The notes: generated by a model from the letters alone, not told the origin. A stretch of 64,000 bases of DNA from Octopus sinensis (GCF_006345805.1 NC_042997.1:209002001-209066000), one strand, 5' to 3'. Shown: positions 36,216 to 50,411, numbered from the stretch's first letter. Numbers and translations: made by a program.

Positions 36216-37161
36216 TACATGTTCGTATATTACAAGCTAAACCCAATTCTCTGATGACCACATGTTTGTGAAATATGCTTTGCTGACGAAAATAAATCTA
36301 CAAATATATATATATTCTGTGAAGATATGAGTTACTGTGCTGCTATGTAGAGCTGTATATGGATGTCTGTTTCCTTTATAACCGACTTCATTATCTATGA
36401 AGTTATGTAAAGTGGAGGGAGGGACTAAGTGACTTATCTCCGAAAACTACTACCACCACCACCACTTCTACTACTACTACTACCCGAGAGTAACCTGTCT
36501 TATGACATCTGCAGCTACATGAGAAAGCCTCTACATAGTCGCTCGACGTGCTAGAAATGAAAACTAAATATCCGTCATCACATCCAGCCGCTCCAAACAT
36601 GCAGAAGGATGCATTGCATAACAGTTGTAAGCACACTGCCTGGGGGAAAAGACGAGATGGTCATGATTGTAACGCCTTTAGATCGTTAAGTTTGCTCGAA
36701 CGGGACTGATCATGGGGCTAAGCAACATGTTTGAGGTGAGCCAACATGTTTGGTTGTTCGACCGGCTGGAAATACCAACCAAATGTCCTTCAAAACGCAC
36801 GCTGTTGTCTTGAGCAGAATTTCATTGGATAATGTAGTCCTTGAAGAAACGTGTTAGCCATAGCTGGAATGTCTTTAAACGTGGATTCGTTGGTCAGGGT
36901 TATTAACCTGGTGCTAGATAACGTGTTTCAAACCTCCAATAACATGTGGCTGTTAGTCGTTCCATGTTACTATTTATTTGTTAGATATTTTACAAAAGAA
37001 CTCCTGTTATTGTTGACTTCACTGAGATTATTGCATGTTTATACGATATTAACAATACACTCTTTAGATACTACATGTTCGTATATTACAAGCTAAACCC
37101 AATTCTCTGATGACCACATGTTTGTGAAATATGCTTTGCTGACGAAAATAAATCTACAAAT
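36216..37161 (+). repeat. Exact 90-bp direct repeat (36216-36305 and 37072-37161)
   Basis: tacatgttcgtatattacaagc...aataaatctacaaat is present twice with no mismatch seen. Confidence 0.9.
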
Positions 37162-38849
37162 GTATTTTTGAATTGTCTTGCACTTTGGACAAGTGTCTTC
37201 TATAGCCCTGGGCCGATTAAAGCCTTGTGGGTGGATTTGGTCGACAGAAAGTGGAAGAAGCCCATCGTATCTGTATATGATTGTGTGTGTGTGTACCTTT
37301 GTCTAGACATCGCTCGTGAAAGATGTAGATAAGCATCGTTGTCAAACACAAAGAATGTTGCTCGTTTCAAGTCTTCTGTGAAAAACCTGTCTAGCCGTGG
37401 GGAAATATTACCTTACTTATAAAACAGGTGAGGGTTGGCAACAGGTAAGGCTTCTGGTTACAGAAAAATCTGACTCAACAAATTTGTCTGATTCCTGCAA
37501 GCATGGAAGAGTGGACATGAAATACGATGATTCCCTAATATTATTACATGGCTCTGGTTATGGTGCCATTTGACCAATTCTTTCATACTCTGCATAAAAT
37601 GGTGGTGACTAGCTAGAAGTGTCCACTCTTTTTTTTTTCTCTTCCCCCCTCACATGCATGGTAGTTGGAATGTTGGCAGTCTTAGGTAGAATTTGATAAC
37701 CATCCTATCTCTTCATCATTTTAACCTCCACATATCCATGTTTCCATGGGTTGGACAGAGTTCATTGAGCCAGATTTTCTACGACCAGATGCCTTTCCTA
37801 TCACCAACCCTGTTTCCAAGCAAGGTTACCATTTGCCCCATGGCCAGACATGTTTGCACAACACTGCTTGCAGGAGAGTGATACGCATAAACAAGTATCA
37901 CTTAATATCATGACAAAGAGAAACAAACACACATACACTACCTCCCTCTCTCTCTCTCTCATACAATGGGCTTCTTTCAGTTTCCATCTACCAAATCTAC
38001 TGCATGGCTTTGGTTAGCCTGAGACCATGGTAGGAGACATTTAGGTATCATACAGTGGGACTGAACCTGAAGCCATTTCAGAAGCAAACTTCTTAACCAC
38101 ACACACACACACACACACACACACCCATGCCTGCACCTATCATCATCATTGTTTAACATCCGTTTTCCATGCTGGCATGGGTTGGACGGTTCGACTGGGG
38201 TCTGGGAAGTCAGGAAGCTGCACCAGGCTCCAGTCTGATCTGGCAAAGTTTCTACAGCTTGATGCCCTTCCTAACGCCAACCACTCCGCGAGTGTAGTGG
38301 GTGCTTTTTACGTGCCACAAGCACAGGGGCCAGAGGAGCTGGCATCAACCATGATCAGATGGTGCTTTTTACGTGCTACTGGCACAGAGGTCACTTTTAT
38401 TCTTTTATTTGTTTCAGTCATTTGACTGTGGCCATGATGGAGCACCATATATATATATAGATAGACAGACAGACAAACTTAGTAAGCACAAGCAAGTAAG
38501 GCAACCTTTCTGTGGTTTCTCAACCTATTAGAAATAACACCCAAATCTTTCAAACACACCCCTGATGTCTTCAGAATAGGAGGAGATGGCTGGAGGACCT
38601 GTGATCAGAGCTGACCTAGGGCTAAACAACATAAACAGGATAGTTTTATTGAAGTGTTCTCTTTTGTTATGTATCCTGTTGACTCTTTCCTCTTCTAAAA
38701 TATAAAAAGAATATGCACACACAGTTTTTTCCACTCTACGTAGGCCTTTTTGCTCTAAATCTATTATCTCACACACACACAGTTTTTTTCCCCTCTATGT
38801 GTGTCTGTGTTTGTGCCTCATCATCTTGACAACTGATGTTTGTGTGTTC

Positions 38850-39426
38850 ATCATCATTCATCATTGTTCACAGTCCATCATGTCTTTATGGAGGTCCTGC
38901 TGCTGGATGCCTGTATCCCTGGAGATTACATCAGAGTAGAAGAGTGTGCGCCCTCTGGTATTGCGAGTAGATGGCTTCCAGAGGAGAAGAGTAGAAATTA
39001 CCTCTTTTTCAGCTCTACAACAACGTCCAACAAACTGGACTCTCCTACCTTTCACAAGAGATGACACAGGTGGTAGTTAGTTTCCCATATATTTGCATTT
39101 TGGTTGGATGGCGCTTCCACGAGAGATTTTGAGCTCTCATAAGGAGGCGAGTGTAGGTTCCATCCAACCGCCTCTCAAGTTTCTTTGATAACATCCAGGT
39201 TTCTGAGCCATATAGTAGAATTGGTTCGACTGTGGCTCTGAAGATTTCAAGTTTGAAGTCTCTACTTAGATTTGATGACCAGATTTTATGCATGTCATTA
39301 CAGGCTGACCAGGCCATACCCTTTCTAGTTAGAAAATCTTTTCCAGATGATGATATGTATGATTCAAGATATTTGTAATCAGAAACCATATTTAAGGGCG
39401 CATTGTTGAGAGTATGGATGATGCAA
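38850..39426 (-). mobile_element. RTE-clade LINE 3' portion
   Basis: DYKYLESYI...AWSACNDMHKIW...VEPILLYGSETW...RLDGTYTRLL...LSWK, then RRVQFVGRC...LLLWKP...DVISRDTG. Confidence 0.9.
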
Positions 39427-40584
39427 TCACTGTTGGACAGGCACTTGTGTGTTTACGTCCCCATAACTTAGTAGTTCAGCTAAAGAAACCAATAGAATAC
39501 ATAGTAGGCTTAAAAAGAATAAGTCCTGGGGTTGATTTGTTTGACTAAAGGCAGTGGCTCCAGCATCACCCCTGTCTGAAAGAAATAAAAGATCTTCGTC
39601 GTCATCATACATCCATTTTCCATGCTGGCATGGGTGGGATGGTTTGACAGGAGCCACATCGGGTTCCATTGTCTGTTTTCAACATGCTGTCTACGGCTGG
39701 ATGTCCTTCCTAATGCCAACCACTTTAAAAGCATATGGGCTGCCTCCTATGTGACACCATCACCAGTGCTTTTCATGTGCCACCAGTGGGTTTTTTTGTT
39801 TTTCACTTTCTCGTTAAACAACATCTGTATAGTATAGGCATGTGTGTTGTGTTGATAATTCAAAGCTGCTTAAGTGATAAATTCCATTTGAAAGGTAAGT
39901 GTTCAGGTGGATCTATGAGACTCATCATCTCCGTTTCTGACATAGGGATAATAACCTAATAATTCTTTTATCACCTTCACTGTCTGGCCAGCTTACCTCC
40001 ATTCACAGACTCTCTCCCCCTCTCTTTACCTAATTAATCTCTCAATCTCTTCTTCCTCCATCTTCTTCCCTCTAATCCTTGCCATCGGTTGTATAAATCA
40101 TATTACATCTGAGGATTAACCAGTAAGGTCAAGCTGACATGTGTGTGTATGTTTGTATTATCCTACGTGACATTTATCATGCAATAGGTGTTGTTAGCTT
40201 ATCTACACACACACACACTTCTATATTTCCTCTAGTGGGACGTTTCGAGAAGTATTTGACAAGCATCAAAGCTATCTCTCTCTCTCTCATTCCCCCTCCT
40301 CCCCTCTCTACCCTTTCTGTGAACTGTCCATCAGTGTTAAAACACTTAGCTGTGAGACCAGACAGAGTTGTGTGGCAAAGAAAATAGTTTTGGCTCCAAT
40401 CCTACAGCCTGGCACCTTGGTACTGTGTCCTCTGCCATAACCCCCAGATCAACCAAAGTGGAATTTAGTACATTGAAACTATACGGAAGCCTACCGTAGG
40501 GACCATTTCCTTTTTTTTTTTTTTTTTTTTTGAGGCTAGATTTAACCCTTTTAATACTAATGGTCAGCCCAAGACTGACCGTTA

Positions 40585-40990
40585 CTCTCTTTTACTCTTT
40601 TACTTGTTTCAGTCATTTGACTGCGGCCATGCTGCAGCACTGCCTTTAATCAAGCAACTTGACCCCAGGACTTATTCTTTTGTAAGCCCAGTACTTATTC
40701 TATCGGTCTCTTTTTGACGAACTGCTAAGTAACAGGGACATAAACACACCAGCATCGGTTGTCAAGCGATGGTGGGGGGACAAACACAGACACACAACAC
40801 ACACACACGCATATATATATATACATATATATGACGGGCTTCTTTCAGTTTCCATCTACCAAATCCACTCACAAGGCATTGGTTGGCCCGGGGCTATAGT
40901 AGAAGACACTTGCCCAAGATGCCACGCAGTGGGACTGAACCCGCAACCATGTGGTTGGTTAGCAAGCTACTTACCACACAGCCACTCCAG
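40585..40990 (-). mobile_element. SINE family A
   Basis: Full-length copy. Confidence 0.9.
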
Positions 40991-41306
40991 ATAGTTCTAT
41001 GATTCAAACTTTCTGTTTTAAAGAGATCTAAATTAAACCCTACCATCCAAATATCATCTTCATTTAGGTTCCAGACACCATTTCAATAACGATCCTTCAT
41101 TACAGATCTGTGTGATAAGGAGTTTGCTTCCCGACTACATGGTCCCAGATTCAGCCCCTCTGCATGGCACCTTGGTCAAGTTGTCTCTATGGTAGCCATG
41201 AGTCAATCAAGCTTTGTATGTGTGTTTCTAGAGTAGAAAGCTAGAAGTGTGTTTGCCATTGCCTGTATATATATAAGTTTGGATTTATTCCCTAATATTA
41301 TTATAT

Positions 41307-41361
<55 letters not shown>

Positions 41362-41766
41362 ATAATAATTAGGGAATAAATCCAAACTTACAGGGAAAAA
41401 TTAGATTTAGGATTAAATCCAATTTTATAGATAAATATATATTATATTATATTAAATTAGAGAAAAACTATTAGGCAAATCAAACGATGAAAAACATAAG
41501 CCAATACATAGAATTAATTTTAAAATATAAAAGTTTAAAAATAAAAATTATTTAAATAATTTGATTTGCCTAATAGTGGTTTTATCTCTAATTTAATATA
41601 TATATATATTTATATATATATATATATATAATATAATTAAATAATGGTAGAAATTGATATTAATCAATTAAACCAGTGGCCTGGCATATTTAGAAAAAAT
41701 CCAAAGATTAAAATATTTTTTACATACAAAACTTAGAGGACCAACCACTAAAAGTGACAGCAGCAT

Positions 41767-41889
41767 TAGATATAGACGTCAAAATCACCATTTTCCACAA
41801 AGAATTTGTTCTCAAGAAAAAAACTCAGCAAAAGTTTTTTTTTGAGAACAAATTCTTGTGGAAAATGGTGATTTTGACGTCTATATCTA
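41767..41889. repeat. AT-rich hairpin with about 55-bp arms
   Basis: tagatatagacgtcaaaatcaccattttccacaa... / ...ttgtggaaaatggtgattttgacgtctatatcta. Confidence 0.9.
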
Positions 41890-41909
41890 GCATATAGGTG
41901 TTCACTTAT

Positions 41910-42253
41910 ATAGCGCTGCCTCGACTGGCTTCTGTGCCGGTGGCACATAAAAAGCACCATCCGAACGTGGCCAATGCCAGCGCTGCCTCGACTGGCTCCA
42001 GTGCCGGTGGCACATAAAAAGCACCATCCAAACGTGGCCGATGCCGGATCCCCCTGGCACCTGTGCAGGTGGCACGTAAAAAGCACCCACTACACTCGCG
42101 GAGTGGTTGGTGTTAGGAAGGGCATCCAGCTGTAGAAACTCTGCCAGATCAGACTGGAGCCTGGTGCAGCCCCTGGCTTCCCAGACCCTGATCGAACCGT
42201 CCAACCCATGCTAGCACAGAAAACGGACGTTAAACGATGATGATGATGATGAT
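41910..42253 (+). mobile_element. Retroposon family D
   Basis: Same body and (GAT)n tail. Other copies at about 11170-11560, 38140-38390, 43240-43420, 45150-45580, 45940-46240, 47150-47480, 55430-55605, 58245-58460 and 63020-63260. Confidence 0.85.
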
Positions 42254-43432
42254 ATATATATATATATCAAAGGAGCACTCCATCGGTTACGATGGCATGG
42301 GTCCCAGCTGATATGATCAACAGAACAGCTTTTCTTTTGTTCCAGCCACTTGACTACGGCCATGCTGGAGCACCACCTTTTGTTGAACAAATCAACCCCA
42401 GATCTTATTGTTTGTAAGCCTAGTACTTATACTATCGGTCTCTTTTGCCGAACTGCTAAGTTACGGGGATGTAAACACGCCAACATCGGTTGCCAAGTGA
42501 TGCTGGGAAGACTGACACACACACACACACACACACACATATATTCTTTCAGTTTCTGTCTACCAGATCCACTCACAGAGCTTTGTTCGGCCCGGGGCTA
42601 TAGTAGTAGACACTTGACCAAGGTGCCACGCAGTGGGACTGAACCCAGAACCATGTGGTTGGTAAGCAAGCTACTTACCACACAGCTAGTCATGAAATTA
42701 ACGTGCAAGTGGCTGAGCATTCCACAGACACATGTACCCCTAACATAGTTCCCAGGGAGATTCAGTGTGACAAGGCTGGCCCTTTGAAATACAGGTGCAA
42801 CTCATTTCTACCAGCTGAGTGGACGGGAGCAACATGAAATAAAGTATCTTGCTCAAGGACACAACATGTTGCCAAGAATTGAACTCACGACCTTACAACC
42901 GTGAGTCGAATGCCCTAACCACTAAAGCCACGCACCTTCACATATATATATATATAAATAATGTTCTACCCATGCCAGCATGGAAAGTGGATGTTAAACG
43001 ATGATGATAAATATGGTGCAGCCTTCCAGTTTGCCAGCCCTGGTCAAACCATCCAACCCATGCCAGCTTGGACAACAGACGTTAAATGAAGATGATCACG
43101 CACACACATGGAAGTTGTTAGCATGCTAAGCTGTGATTTGGCTGTTATTTCTTGCAGGTCAAAGCAACTACTTAGTAACTCCATTGGGTTATATTATTGT
43201 ATGTGTGTGTAATGTACAAAGGATAACATTTTATATGTATCATCATCATCGTTTAACGTCCGTTTTCCGCGCTAGCACGGGTTGGACGGTTCGACCGGGG
43301 TCTGGGAAGCCAAGGGCTGCACCAGGCTCCAGTCTGATCTGGCAGTGTTTCTACAGCTGGATGCCCTTCCTAACACCAACCACTCCGCGAGTGTAGTGGG
43401 TGCTTTTTACGTGCCACCTGGACTATGTATGT

Positions 43433-43495
<63 letters not shown>

Positions 43496-43874
43496 TATTC
43501 ATATAAATACAGTGTACATTTAAACACATAAGAGGTATCCATCATAGGATTCCTTTCACGCTAGAAGGAACAGCTAAAGTTCAAACCACTATTAGGGATA
43601 AAAACTCGAAGGGAAGGAAAAATAAAAACATTTACCATCTATTACCTGGACTATGGTTTCAGACTTTTTTTTAGCAAATAAAATAAAATAAAATTAGGGT
43701 TATTTGCTAAAAAAAAGTCTGAAGCCATGATCCAATAGATAGAGGGTAAAGTTTTTATTTTTCATTCCCTTCGAGTTTTTATCTCTAATAGTGGTTTGGA
43801 CTTTAGCTGTCCCTTCTAGCATGAAAGGAATCCTATTTTATGTGTTTAGATGTCCACTGTATTTTATATGAATA
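43496..43874. repeat. Imperfect inverted repeat with about 180-bp arms
   Basis: tattcatataaatacagt...tttagcaaataa / ttatttgctaaaa...actgtattttatatgaata. Confidence 0.88.
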
Positions 43875-43974
43875 ATATATAGTCTATTGACTAATTTTTC
43901 TACATGCTAGGCGACAGGTAGTAAACATTTCTATAATTCTTTATTACCCTGATATCATTATATATGTATATATA

Positions 43975-44140
43975 GTTAATCCAAACAAGAAAGCACAAAA
44001 AAACACGAGGACGTGGAACAAATATAGTATTATTGGACGCTCAGGAAAGAAGGAGGGTTTAACGTTTTGAGCAGAGCTCTTCATCGGAAACATAGGCGAA
44101 GGGAAGACAGGGGAAAAAAATCGCCAACGGTACACACGCA
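43975..44140 (-). mobile_element. Penelope-type pseudo-LTR fragment with a decayed hammerhead core at 44057-44091
   Basis: gttt-CCGATGA-agagc tct gctc-AAAA-CGTT-aaac. Confidence 0.5.
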
Positions 44141-44319
44141 CATACTTTTGTAATGTAAACAAGCTTCTTCTTGGTCCTTTATCTTCACAACCCCCCTCTA
44201 ATAAACAATAGACATTCTACTATATCTGGATCTCATTTAGAGTTTTTCCTTTTCCCAACTACTCCACCGTATTTGCATTTAATTTAACTTGTGTCATAAG
44301 TCTACCCACAAACACACAC

Positions 44320-44569
44320 CCTCTCTCTCTCTCTCTCCCTCTCTCCCTCTCCCTCTCTCTCTCTCCCTTCTCTTCTCCCTCTCTCCCTCTTCTCCTCTCT
44401 CTCTCTCCCTCTCTCCTCTCTCTCTCCCTCTCTCTCTCTCCCTCTCTCTCTCTCCCTCTCTCTCTCCCTCTCTCTCCCTCTTCTCCCTCTCTCCTCTCCC
44501 TCTCTCCCCTCTTCTCTCTCCCTCTCTCTCTCTCCGCTTCTCTCCCTCTCTCCCTCTCTCCCTCTCTCC

Positions 44570-44600
<31 letters not shown>

Positions 44601-44650
44601 TCTCTCCTCTCTCTTATCTCTCTCTCTCTCTCCTCTCCCTCCCTCTCTCA
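44320..44650 (+). repeat. Polypyrimidine (CT/CCT) tract
   Basis: Direct reading. Confidence 0.95.
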
Positions 44651-47600
44651 TATCTTGCAGTCAACAGCCACCACTACCCTCCTGCATACCTTACAGACCA
44701 ATAAGGGTGCTTCTCACCCTGCTGCAAACAGCAGCTGAACTTTCTTCCCTTAAATTCCGCTCTTCTTACCCTTCTTCTTCTGTTGCTAATTTAGACAACA
44801 TTGGCTGACATAATATTAGATACATACAGCCTGAATAATAGTTGGGATGGTCATGGCTGGAATGCTTTTGAACACATGAGTATTTAATTAGAGCTTACTT
44901 GAATGTAAACAACAACAACGATCCTACCTCTTGGTCATGTGATACTAAGTAACATTACCAAGACATTGCATCATACACACACACACACACACACACTGAC
45001 GTTACAGTGTTATGGTAACAGATGTCTGCCTGATATATTTTGGTTTCTTCGCGTCACCCTATCTTGGGTGCCTCAACTGCTGAGCTGCTCCCAGTTTGTA
45101 GATCTTTCATCTTTTACTTGTTTCAGGTGTTTGATTGCAGCCATGCTGTGATGCCAGTGCCACCTGACTGGCTCCCCGTGCTGGTGGCATGCAATAAGCA
45201 CCATGCATGCATGGGTCGTTGCCAGTTCCACCTGACCGGCTCCCCGTGCTGGTGGCATGTAAAAAACACTATCCGAACATGGTCAATGCCATCCCCCCTC
45301 CCCCTACTCTGCCCCAACTGGCTCCTGTGCCAGTAGCATGTAAAAAGCGCCATCCAAATGTGGCCGATTCCAGTGCCACCTAAGTGGCTCCTGTGCTGGT
45401 GGCACATAAAAAACAACCACTACACTCTCGGAGTGGTTGGTGTTAGGAAGGGCATCCAGCTGTAGAAACACTGCCACATTAGATTTGGAGCCTGGTGTGG
45501 CTTCCTGGCTTGCCAGTCCCCAGTCAAACTGTCCAACCCATGCTAGCATGGAAAACGGACATTAAATGATGATGATGATCTTTTTTGCTAAACTAAGTTT
45601 CAGGGATGTAAACACCCCAACACCACAATGGGCTTCTTTCACTTTCTGTCTACCAGATTCAGTCACAAGGCTTTGGTCAGCCTTGGGTTATGGTAGAAGT
45701 CACTTGCCCAAGGTGCTATGCTGTAGGACTTTCAGTATATGATTAACGGCATGTAGGGTAAATACCTGAGGTTTTGATGCCATTAATGATATGCAGAGCA
45801 CTTCTCTCCTGCCCCTCATCAGCTGCTCTGACCAAATGGCTGTGTGATCAGTTGTTAACTTTGCATTTGCATTCTTTTCATGATTCAGAACCTACTGAGT
45901 GCCAGTTTAGCTAAATGTTTCATACAATGGCCTCTCAGATCATCATCATCATCATTTAACATCCGTTGTCCATGCTGGCATGGGTTGGACTGTTTGACCA
46001 GGGCTGGTAAGCTGGGAGCCTGCACCAGACTCCAGTCTGATTTGGCATGGTTTTCTACGGCTGGATGCCCTTCCTAATGCAGACCACTCCAAGCGTGTAA
46101 TGGGTACTTTTATGTGCCACCAGCACAGGTGCCATTTGCGTGACACTGGTATCTGCCACGACTGCAATTTTGCTCAGCTTCATGGGTCTTCTTCTCAAGC
46201 ACAACATAATGCCAAAGTTCTTGGTCATTGCCTCCTGGAGAAACTGCACAGAAGCCTGTCAACATACTTGGCTTAGTGGTTAGGGTGTTTAGTTCACAAT
46301 CGTAAGGTTTTATGTTTGATTCCCAGACGCATGTAGTGTCCTTGAGCAAAACCCTTTATATCACATTGCTCCAGTTAATTTATCTGACAATAATTACTTG
46401 TACCTGTAATTCAAAGGGGCCAACTTTGTCACATTCTGTCTCATGCTGAATCTCCCTGAGATCTACATTAAGGATCTGTGTCTTTGTGGTCTACTCAGCC
46501 ACTTGTCAGTTAATCTCCCAAGCAGGCTGTTCTGTTGATCGGATTGACTAGAACCCTCATCATTCTAACTGATTGAGGGCCAGTTAAGAAGCCTGTTAAA
46601 AGGAACATCCCTGTTCTCGGGTGACGCACCTAATCGTGGGGGCAGTTCAGCACCACCACCTAGATCATAGGTACCTTTATGAGAAGTATTGAGGCCAGGT
46701 TTTACTTTCCTTCCACTTGTCTCAAATTCTCTTCGGAGGAGATGTGGGTGCCCCTCGTACATGTTGTTTTAAGGGCTGATATTTCCTGATGCCAATATTT
46801 CAGTGTTGCATAAGCTAGAATCGTTAACCATGTCACAAAAAATGCTTAATACCATTTCTTCTGACTCTGCATTCTAAGTTCAAATTCCACCAAGACGGAT
46901 TTTGCTTTCATCCTTTCAGGATCGATAAAATAAGTACCAGGTAAGCATGAGGGTCAATGTAATCAACTTAAACCCTACACCCCCTCAAATTACTGGCCTT
47001 GTACCAAAATTTGAAGCCCATATTTCAGTGTTGTGCCTCTACTAGAGTCAGAGGTGGAGGTGGTTTTGGGCTGTACAGCTCTTCACTAAACACCGAGATT
47101 AAATGTTGTCACTTTAACTTTTGACTAATGACCATATTTTGCAGGTTGTTGTGGCTGATGCCAGTGCTGCCTGACTGGCACCCATGCCAGCGGCACATAA
47201 AAATGCAGGCCAATGCCTCGGCTGGTGGCATGTAAAAGGCACCATTTGAGCGTGGCACATAAAAAGCACTATTCGAGCATGGTCGATGCCAGTGCCACCT
47301 GACTGGCCCCCATGCCAGTGACACACATAAAAAGCACCCATCACGTTAGGAAGGTATCCAGCTGTAGAAATCTTGCCAGATCAGATTGGAGCCTGGTGCA
47401 GCCTCCTTGCTTGCCAGTCCTCAATCAAACCGTCCAACCCATGCCAGCATGGAAAGCGAATGTAAAATGATGATGATGATGTGTTGTTTGAGTGAAATCA
47501 TTAAACAATGGCTACCTATCTGGTTTGCTGTCTGGGGTTTTATGGTCGTACACAACACTATATTTTTCACTGTTCATTTTAACCCTTTAGTGTTCAGATT

Positions 47601-48501
47601 ATCCTATCAAACATAATGCTTATTGATTCCCATTGATTTGAATTAATCATGCATTATCTCATATCTTCAAGATCTTGATGGTGTAATTACTGGGGGTTTT
47701 TTTTGTACCCTTACTTTGACATCAGCCAAGTTGTTCATTTCTAGTCTTCTGTGAAAAATATGTGCTGGAAATGGAGGGAGAATGGTCTTGCTTGGAAAAC
47801 CTGAGTTGGTTGGTGACAGAAAGAGCATCGGCGGTAGAAAATCTGCCTCAAATTCTGCCTGACCCCAGGAGCAATCTTGAAAAGTGGGACATTGTAGGGT
47901 AGGGTAGGTGTGAGAGCCTGGATCTGGTCAGTTTGAACATAAAACAGATTAAATATTTTGGCCGGATTAAATACTAAAGAGTTAACTCTCTTGTGGTGAC
48001 AGAAAGAGAAACATTCGGCGGTAGAAAATCTGCCTCAAATTCTGCCTGACCCCAGGAAGCAATCTTGAAAAGGACATTGTAGGGTAGGTGGAGAGCTGGA
48101 TCTGGTCAGTTGAACATAAAACGGATAAATATTTTGGCCGGATTAAATACTAAAGAGTTAACTCTCTTGCAATTATTCGTGAGGCACATAATAGCACCCT
48201 GTCCACTACTGACCACCCACTAGCACACAGTGGGCAAAAAAAAAGACTTTTGTTAAAGATTTCTCTCTTTTCTGCCCCGCCCCCCTGGACATTTGACGAC
48301 GATGATGATGTGTGTGTTTGTGCCTCCCCCTGTAACTTAGCAGTTCAACAAAACAGACCGACAGAATAAGTACCATGCTTAAAAAAGAAGTGCAAACATC
48401 GATTTATTTGACTAAAAATTGTTGATGGGGATGCCCCAGCATGGCCACAATTCAATGACAAACAAGTAAAAGATGAAAACGTGTTTGTATATATATGCAA
48501 C

Positions 48502-48562
<61 letters not shown>

Positions 48563-50179
48563 GTAGGATCTAGAAATAGCAGTGTTGAGATGTTCTGAGT
48601 AAGCGGTTTTTATTTGTTTTGGGTTGTTTTTGTTTCCTTTCATGTTTTTGTTTCTTTGCACTCAATGTTTATTTCCTGGTTCATTTAGTGACCAACTTCG
48701 TTTCCTCCGTTAGTCACTTTACTAACACCTTTACTAACATTACTACCTTATAATGGTGTCTTGTCTGTTCGTTCTGTGTAATTTTCAAAATACCAAGCTA
48801 TTTCACAATCATTCTTCAATTCTGGGTCACACTGCCAGTTTGACCTTTGTAGAATTCTCTTTTTGTGTGTTTTTTTCTTATCTTTTATTGTCTTGTGACA
48901 TAATGAAACCAGCTTAATGACTGTATTGATTAACGAGATAAGATGAAATGATTTGCGTACATAATACCATACCTTTATATTATAAGTTCAAAATACACCC
49001 AGGTTAACTTTGTCTTCCATACTTCTGGGGTTGATACAGCAAGTTGCAGTGAAGCGGAAGTAAGAGCAACAATGCCCTTCCTTCAAACTCTGTAATTTGG
49101 ATCTTAAACCTTTCATTACCATATTTCTGTTGAAATACACTGCCTTGAAAATAACAAAGAATTTAGCAAAATAATCTTATTGTGCCTTAGAAGGGTCATT
49201 ATGCCAATAACAACACACTCACTGATTCCATATCACTTCTTTATTGTTAATCAATTGTTTAAATATCTAACCAACTTACGAATCAACCATTTGTTTCATG
49301 TGCTGGTTATACAGTCAATCAGTTGTTTGTGGAAGTCCCTTTGTTGCTATTCATGACTTCTTCAAGGTAACAATAAAGAAGTGATATTGAACCAGTGTGT
49401 GTGTGTTATTATTGGTGTAATGATCCTCCCAAGACTAGATTTCACATCAAGAATCTTGCAAACCAAATACAAAAACGAAATTAACAAAATAACTTTATCA
49501 TTATTAAACTGGTGTAACTTGGAATTTGGATTGAAAGTGCAAATGTGGCTCTGTGGTTATGAAGCAGGCTTCCCAAGCATGTAGCCTTAGGTTCAGTCTC
49601 ACTATGCACCAGTTTGAGCAAGTGGATTTGGTAGATAGAAATTGAAAGGAACTTATTGTATATACACGTGTGTTTTTATGGACCCTTACTTTGACATCAG
49701 CAAAGTTGTTCATTTCTAGTCTTCTGTGAAAAATATGTCTGGCAATGGAGGGAGAATGGTTTTGCTTGGAAACAGCTGAGGGTTGGTGACAGAAAGAGCA
49801 TTCGGCGGTAGAAAATCTGCCTCAAATTCTGCCTGACCCCAGGAGCAATCTTGAAAAGTGGACATTAAATCTAATTGATGAAACAACTGGACAACTCATC
49901 ACTGAAAATGTTTTTATGTCCATTTTTCCATGCTTTCATGGATCAAATGGAAGATTTTCTAAGACAAGGTGCCCTTCTTGTCACCAAACCTCCCTTGTTT
50001 CCAAGCAGGGTAATATTTGCCCCATGGCCAAACATGTTTTTTCACAGAAGACTAAAAATGAACAACATTGCTTGTATGATGGTGATGCTCATTTACAGCC
50101 ATCATGTGATGTCAAGATCAGAGTGTACGCATGCACACACACACACACACACACATACGATGAGCTTCTTTCAGTTTCT

Positions 50180-50411
50180 TATTTCTTTATTGCCCACAAG
50201 GGGCTACACACAGAGGGGACAAACAAGGACAGACAAACGGATTAAGTCGATTACCTCGACCCCCAGTGCTTAACTGGTACTTATTTAATCAACCCCGAAA
50301 AGATGGAAGGCAAAGTTGACCTCGGTGGAATTTGAACTCAGAACATAGCAGCAGACGAAATACCGTTAAGCATTTCACTCGGTGCACTAACGTCTCTGCC
50401 AGCTCACTGCC
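50180..50411 (-). mobile_element. SINE family B inserted in an older family A copy
   Basis: 15-bp TSD cttctttcagtttct / cttctttcggtttct. Confidence 0.88.

Noticed and set aside
36250-36280. CTGATGA...GAAA inside the 90-bp repeat as a hammerhead
   Set aside because: There is no convincing stem I or stem III.
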